From an uncultured delta proteobacterium (GTDB lineage Bacteria > Myxococcota_A > UBA9160 > SMWR01): 64,000 nucleotides of DNA. Both the position numbers and the translations under genes were made by a program. The stretch lies in the NCBI GenBank assembly GCA_963832165.1, contig CAWHTE010000003.1, positions 640,001-704,000 of the forward strand, given 5' to 3'. A model generated the notes under the pieces. That model was not told the DNA's origin. It did not search any database and saw nothing but the letters and a program-made list of their open reading frames with translations. Shown piece by piece: positions 58,909-64,000 of this stretch (its first letter is position 1; each line of letters begins with the position of its first letter).

Positions 58909-59007
58909 TGGCGGAAGCGGACGGGAATCGAACCCGCCAGGACTGCGTTGCCGCACTCCTCATCGGATTTGAAGTCCGAGCCCGGCACCAGCACGGGGAA
59001 CGCTTCC
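58909..59007 (-). tRNA. selC: tRNA-Sec (UCA)
   Basis: GGAAGCG acceptor, TCGGA-CT TCA AA-TCCGA anticodon arm, long variable arm, G73 and encoded CCA; 99 nt. Confidence 0.93.
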
Positions 59008-59165
59008 AGCGACGACTCTAGTGCAGGTCGGGTGAGAAGAGCGAGGGCACCGCGCACGGGCGGCCTGCCCGTGTGCCGAGACCTCAGAGCGGCGCGTTGT
59101 GTTCGAGATCACAGACGTCGAGCGAGAGATCCTCGATCTACTCCCCTAATCGGGGGGACAGGCGA

Positions 59166-60113
59166 ATGGGCCGGAGCCGTTGTGCGAAGGCATTGCTTTG
59201 GCTCGCGATGGGCTCGGCGCTGATAGCGCGCGGCGTGGACGCGGGAGTGGTGTTTTCCGATGACTTCGAGGGCGACGTCTCCTCGATCAGGTCGCGTTGG
59301 GGCGACAGCAGCTCGACCGGCATTTCATTGACGAGTGACATCCCGTCGTCGAGCACGGGAAGCAAATCCCTTCAGCTCAACGCCGGCCTTGGGGGAGTCG
59401 CCCATCTCTTTCACAAACTCCCGGTCGACTACTCCCGGCTCTACTACCGCTACTACGTGAAGTACGAAGGTACGGCGTACCACCATACCGGCGGCATGAT
59501 CGGGGGATACGATCCCCCGACCAGCTATCCGCAGGGCGATGCAGGCCTGAAAGGGATCCGCGCCAACGGCGACCGGCTGCTCGTGGTGAGCCTCGAGACC
59601 CAGTCGAACATGTTGGACTTCTACAACAACTGGATCGACATGCAGGGTTCGACCTACCAAGGTCTTTATTACGGGCGAAACCTGATTCAGGACCTGAACG
59701 TCCCGGTGCCGAATCAGTGGACCTGTGTCGAGGTGATGCTGAGCCTCAACACGCCGGCAAGCGCGAGCAACGGCGAACTGGTCACCTGGATCAACGGAAC
59801 TGCAGTGGCCAACTTTCAGCCGGGAGCCCCGAATGGCTACTGGGATGGCGCGGGAAACTGGCGAATGAGGGTCGGCTCGCCCGCCTTCGGGGGCTTCCGT
59901 TGGCGGGACACGACATCGCTGGGGATCAACTGGGTGAAGCTGCAGAACTACGACGCGACGCCGAGGGTCTGGTTCGACGATGTCGTCGTGTCGACGGAGA
60001 GGATTGGGTGCCTGCCGGAGCCCGCTCTTCCCGGCTCGCTACCGGCCGCCATCGTTCTGCTCGCTGCCCTCGCGCGCCGGCGGTCGCGGGCGGCTCCGCT
60101 ACGGATTCGTTAG
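59166..60113 (+). CDS. Secreted beta-rich (lectin/polysaccharide-lyase-like) protein with PEP-CTERM-like tail
   Basis: Signal peptide, FSDDFE, LYYRYYVK, WTCVEVM, WFDDVVVS; LPEP + TM + RRR. Confidence 0.78.
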   Translation: MGRSRCAKALLWLAMGSALIARGVDAGVVFSDDFEGDVSSIRSRWGDSSSTGISLTSDIPSSSTGSKSLQLNAGLGGVAHLFHKLPVDYSRLYYRYYVKYEGTAYHHTGGMIGGYDPPTSYPQGDAGLKGIRANGDRLLVVSLETQSNMLDFYNNWIDMQGSTYQGLYYGRNLIQDLNVPVPNQWTCVEVMLSLNTPASASNGELVTWINGTAVANFQPGAPNGYWDGAGNWRMRVGSPAFGGFRWRDTTSLGINWVKLQNYDATPRVWFDDVVVSTERIGCLPEPALPGSLPAAIVLLAALARRRSRAAPLRIR

Positions 60114-60223
60114 CCCCAAGAAGCGCGTCAGCGAACGATCGCAAACACGGCGCGACTGCGACCCGGCACCAGCGCCGGGAACGCTTCCGGAAGCGACTCG
60201 ATCTCGATTGCCGCCACGTCCCC

Positions 60224-60489
60224 CTATTCGAGCACCGCGAGGACGTCGTCTTCGCGGATGATCAGATGTTCGTCACCGGCGACCGGATCTCGCTGCCGGA
60301 GTACTTGCCGAACAGCACGTGATCGCCCTTCTGCACGTCGAGCGGGTGCAGCACGCCGTCTTCGTCGACGCGGCCCTTCCTGACCGCGAGGACCTTGCCT
60401 TCCATCGGCTTCTCCTTGGCGGTGTCGGGATGAAGAGACCCCCCTTGGTCTTCGATTCCTCGTCGATGCGTTTCACGAGGATCCGGTCG
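60224..60489 (-). pseudogene. groES: 5'-truncated, doubly frameshifted groES
   Basis: [21 protein letters not shown] / [24 protein letters not shown] / [17 protein letters not shown] across three frames; no start codon and no groEL. Confidence 0.85.
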
Positions 60490-60701
60490 ATGTACTGGGC
60501 AGTCGTGTCCGCGATTTTCGGCCAGGCATTGATCCCAGCGACCGATTGCTGGCATATGCCGGCATCGTCTGGCTTGCATTCCATCTCTTCGTGCTGCTGT
60601 ACGAGGAGCCGACGCTGCGCTCGACCTACGCCGGGCAATACGACCGCAATTGCGCCAACGTGCGACGGTGGATTCCCCGGCTGCGCCCCTGGAACGGCTG
60701 A
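60490..60701 (+). pseudogene. 3' fragment of an isoprenylcysteine/phospholipid methyltransferase-family gene
   Basis: [14 protein letters not shown] / [41 protein letters not shown]-half missing, internal frameshift. Confidence 0.7.
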
Positions 60702-60750
60702 GCCGAGCCAGCAGGCGATTGCTCATCCGATTCCCGGCTTCGCAGTGGTT

Positions 60751-60972
60751 TTACCGCGCGATGAACCCGCGCATTTGCTCTAGAGCGAAGTCGATCTCGT
60801 CGAGTGCTGCGCGCGCCTTCTCCATGTAAACGCGCATCGCCTTGAGGTAGCTCTGTCCCTCGGCCGTGAGCTCCGTGCCTTCGAGGAGTCCAACATGGAT
60901 GAAGAACGCGCCCAGCGGATCGCGCAGGTCGTGCAACAAATGCCGAACTTCGGAGATATCCGGCTTTTCCAT
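60751..60972 (-). CDS. Small stand-alone HisKA(DHp)-like protein
   Basis: LLHDLRDPLG H-box-like motif in a two-helix pattern; no HATPase domain. Confidence 0.5.
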   Translation of the reverse strand: MEKPDISEVRHLLHDLRDPLGAFFIHVGLLEGTELTAEGQSYLKAMRVYMEKARAALDEIDFALEQMRGFIAR

Positions 60973-61237
60973 TGGGTGAATCATACCTTCGGTCATAGCC
61001 GCGTCGATTGGCGCAGGAGAACTTTCGCGCTTGTCATATCCAACGCGACAAGCCGCGTCCTCTTATGTCCGAGCCATCTTCGCTCGGGCCCGCCATCCTT
61101 GGGGCGAACTTCCCGTGGTCGTGGGGCGAGTAGGGGAGATCGGTCGCATCCGGCTGCCAAATGTGGATCTTTCGCCGTTCCTTCTTGCTCGGCGCTACCA
61201 CGGTGGGCGTATGCTGCGCAGCAGAGGAGGGCGATCG

Positions 61238-61819
61238 ATGAAGGCACTGAGTGAGTTCGCGAAATCGACGCTCATCGGTGGATTGCTGGTCATTGTCCCG
61301 ATCTACTTCTCGGTCCTGCTGCTGGCGAAAGCGCTGGGAGGTTTGATCGCGATGCTCGGACCGATCACAGCGACACTGCCGGAGTCGCTGGAGGCGATGC
61401 GCGGGCTCGTGAGCGTGCTGATCGTCGTGGCGCTCTGCTTCGCGACCGGTCTGGCGATGCGCACGAGGCTCGGGCTCCGGATGTTTCGCAGCTTCGAGCA
61501 CCGCGTGCTCGAGAAGATCCCCGGCTTCGGCGTGCTGCGCAGCGCGGTGCGCCGTATCTCCGGTCGGAGCGACGATGCGATGTTCCAGCCGGTCCTGGTC
61601 GAGATCGAGGATGCGCTCACGCCCGCGTTCATCGTCGAGGAGCTCGACGACGGTCGTTGCGTCGTGCTCGTGCCCTCGGTGCCGACGCCTGCGGCCGGAT
61701 CGCTCTTCATCCTGACGCGCGACCGCGTGCACTGGGTGGACGTCCCGGTCACCGAGGTGATCGCCGTGATCACGCGCTGGGGCGCGGGCGCGGGAAAGCT
61801 CGTCAACGCGATGCGGTGA
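61238..61819 (+). CDS. DUF502-family membrane protein
   Basis: GGLLVIVPI, LEKIPG, VLVPSVPTPAAG; GGAGG RBS. Confidence 0.82.
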   Translation: MKALSEFAKSTLIGGLLVIVPIYFSVLLLAKALGGLIAMLGPITATLPESLEAMRGLVSVLIVVALCFATGLAMRTRLGLRMFRSFEHRVLEKIPGFGVLRSAVRRISGRSDDAMFQPVLVEIEDALTPAFIVEELDDGRCVVLVPSVPTPAAGSLFILTRDRVHWVDVPVTEVIAVITRWGAGAGKLVNAMR

Positions 61820-61871
61820 GACGGAGCTCGCGCAGCGGGAGTACCATGCACGCGTGCCAGAGGAGAGATTC

Positions 61872-62735
61872 ATGACGGTTCGCTGCGGATTCATCGGACT
61901 CGGGATCATGGGCAAGGCGCTCTCGGGCAATCTCGCTCCCAAAGGCCTGCCCACCATCGTCTACGACATCGACCCGGAGGCGATGCGCGAGATCGTGGAT
62001 GGCGGCGCCAAGGCGGCCGGGAGCACGCGCGAGGTGGCGCAGAATGCGGATGTGATCGGCGTCTGCGTGCCCGCCGACCACCACGTCCGCGCCGTGTGCT
62101 GCGGAGCCGACGGCGTGTTCGAGAACGCCCACGAGGGCACCGTGGTTGCGATCCACAGCACGGTGCATCCGGCCACCATCGAGGAGATGGCGGCCGAAGG
62201 GGCGAAGCGCGGAGTGGCCATCCTCGAGGTACCGGTGGCGGGTGGACCCGTGCGCGCGGCCAAGGGCGACGCGTTCTACATGGTTTCAGGCGACGAGACT
62301 GCGTACGAGAAGGCGCGGCCGTACCTCGAGGCCGCCGCGGGCAAGATCATCTTCGCGGGCGCGCTCGGGAATGCGGCCAAGCTGAAGCTATCACTGAACG
62401 TGCTCACGAACATTTCGTTCGCTGCTTCGCTCGAGGGGATGCTCCTCGCCAAAGCGATGGGCCTGCCGCAGGAGCTCTATGAAGAGGGTGGGCAAGCAAA
62501 CACGATGCTGAACGCGCTGCACCTCCAATATCTGAGCCCCTACAAGATGCCCGTGGAGACGCGCCGCTCGGAGAATCTCCAGGCGTATCTGCGAGGTCGC
62601 ATGGAGATCGCCCAGAAGGATCTCGGTCTCGCGCTCGAGATGGCCGACGACCACGGGATTGCGATGCCCGTGACCGGGCTCGTGAAGCAGCTGCTCGCGA
62701 AGGTGTACGGCGTCTACGACGACGATCTGCGCTGA
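61872..62735 (+). CDS. 3-hydroxyisobutyrate/6-phosphogluconate dehydrogenase-family oxidoreductase
   Basis: GFIGLGIMG, HSTVHP, PVAGG, KLSLN, QKDL. Confidence 0.9.
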   Translation: MTVRCGFIGLGIMGKALSGNLAPKGLPTIVYDIDPEAMREIVDGGAKAAGSTREVAQNADVIGVCVPADHHVRAVCCGADGVFENAHEGTVVAIHSTVHPATIEEMAAEGAKRGVAILEVPVAGGPVRAAKGDAFYMVSGDETAYEKARPYLEAAAGKIIFAGALGNAAKLKLSLNVLTNISFAASLEGMLLAKAMGLPQELYEEGGQANTMLNALHLQYLSPYKMPVETRRSENLQAYLRGRMEIAQKDLGLALEMADDHGIAMPVTGLVKQLLAKVYGVYDDDLR

Positions 62736-62814
62736 GCGAACCAATATTGAGGTTCGCGCCAAAAATCCGTAGCGTGGCGGAGGCCCACCGCGCTGCTTCA
62801 GAGGGAGGGACGCC

Positions 62815-64000
62815 ATGGCCGCCGACCCCACCCGACCCTACGTCGTGATCACGGCCGACTCGCACGCGGGCGCGAGCATCGACACCTACCGCGAGTACCT
62901 CGACGCGAAGCACAAGCAGCTGTTCGACGACTGGCGCGGGGCGTACCGCAATCCGCAGCAGAAGCACATCGGAAGCAAGAAGCACAAGAACTGGGACGAC
63001 GCCGAGCGGTTCGGCGACATGGAGAAAGAGGGCATCGCGGGCGAGGTGATCTTCCCGAACACGGTGCCCCCGTTCTTTCGCACGAGCGTGCTGATCTGCG
63101 GCAATCCTACGCGAGAGGACTATCCGCTCTGGCGCGAGGGCATCCGCGCGCACAACCGCTGGCTCGTCGACTTCTGCGCGGACGCACCCGAGCGGCGCGC
63201 GGGGATCGGCCTCGTCTACCTGAACGACATCGACGCCGCGATCGAGGACGTGCAGTGGATCGCGAAGTCGGGGCTGACCGGCGGAATCCTGCTGCCGCAC
63301 GTGCCGCCCGACTGCGTGCACATCGAGCAGCTCTACTCGCCCGCGATGGAGCGATTCTGGGCCGTCTGCCAGGACGCGGACGTGATCCTGAATCAGCACG
63401 GCGGCACGGGCTCGCCCGAGTACGGCCCGTTCAAGATCTCGCTTCCGATCCGCATCATCGAGGGAATGTTCTACTCGACGCGCAGTCTCCCGCATCTCCT
63501 GATCTCGGGCGTCTTCGAGCGCTATCCGAAGCTCCGCTACATCACGACCGAGACGGGCTGCGCATGGGCGCCCGGCATGCTCAAGAACCTCGACCGGATC
63601 TGGAAGCAGGTGCACAAGGGCGCTGTCGGCGAATTCGAGTTCGCCGACAACGCGGTGCCGCCCGAACCGCCGAGCTTCTACGCGAAGCGCAACTGCTGGT
63701 ACGGCGCGAGCTCGCCGTCGCCGCGCGAGCTCGAGGGGCGACACGAGATCGGAATCGAGCGGATCCTCTGGGGCAGCGACTACCCGCACTACGAGGGGAC
63801 GTATCCGCACTCGATCAAGGCGATGCGCCACGCGCTGCACGACAAGCCCGAGCCCGAGGTGCGCGCGATGCTGGGCGGCAACGCGGCCGAGCTCTACGGC
63901 TTCGACCTCGGCAAGCTCCAGCCGTGGGCCGACCGACACGGGCCAAAGCCGTCCGAGATCGCCGTCGCGCTCGCACCCGATGAGTTTCCGCAGAACACGC
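62815..64000 (+). CDS. Amidohydrolase-family protein (runs off window end)
   Basis: MAADPTRPYVVITADSHAG, EVIFPN, WGSDYPHYEG; GGAGG RBS. Confidence 0.88.
   Translation, partial: MAADPTRPYVVITADSHAGASIDTYREYLDAKHKQLFDDWRGAYRNPQQKHIGSKKHKNWDDAERFGDMEKEGIAGEVIFPNTVPPFFRTSVLICGNPTREDYPLWREGIRAHNRWLVDFCADAPERRAGIGLVYLNDIDAAIEDVQWIAKSGLTGGILLPHVPPDCVHIEQLYSPAMERFWAVCQDADVILNQHGGTGSPEYGPFKISLPIRIIEGMFYSTRSLPHLLISGVFERYPKLRYITTETGCAWAPGMLKNLDRIWKQVHKGAVGEFEFADNAVPPEPPSFYAKRNCWYGASSPSPRELEGRHEIGIERILWGSDYPHYEGTYPHSIKAMRHALHDKPEPEVRAMLGGNAAELYGFDLGKLQPWADRHGPKPSEIAVALAPDEFPQNT

Noticed and set aside
57..63983. Many long Arg/Ala/Pro-rich ORFs in the track (e.g. 57-953, 1702-3327, 13395-15743, 29617-32283 N-part, 40357-42189, 62404-63939)
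   Set aside because: Shadow or antisense frames of real genes in very high-GC DNA; no family motifs.

Overview
This is a very GC-rich, CGCG/TCGA-rich, gene-dense bacterial chromosomal segment. Three PEP-CTERM proteins, an outer-membrane beta-barrel and Ccm genes point to a diderm organism; a Myxococcota/Binatota-like lineage is my inference only. There are about 70 CDS, mostly lipid/aromatic/steroid-type catabolic enzymes: amidohydrolases, SDRs, two LLM oxidoreductases, a CoA ligase and a CoA transferase, an enoyl-CoA hydratase, and a KstR-like TetR with a ferredoxin. The window also holds an NHEJ locus (ku, ligD and a TPR gene directly behind ku), ccmCD, a GlnE encoded as two separate genes followed by a multi-zinc-ribbon gene and an SPFH gene, moeB/moeZ, hpf, and tRNA-Ala(GGC), tRNA-Leu(CAA) and tRNA-Sec. 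I saw no integrase, transposase, prophage, rRNA or CRISPR array. Six otherwise intact genes each carry a single 1-nt frameshift, probably sequencing errors. Best leads: (1) the Ku-linked TPR protein with clamp-binding-like motifs; (2) the split GlnE and its operon; (3) an uncharacterised 'LRFDCF..HxH' domain present both alone and fused to a PatB/MalY enzyme; (4) a GTAG-type REP-like palindrome; (5) a head-to-head groES/methyltransferase deletion scar beside an orphan HisKA peptide; (6) an apparently catalytically dead SGNH protein. Start codons were chosen by eye and family calls rest on recalled motifs; no searches were run.
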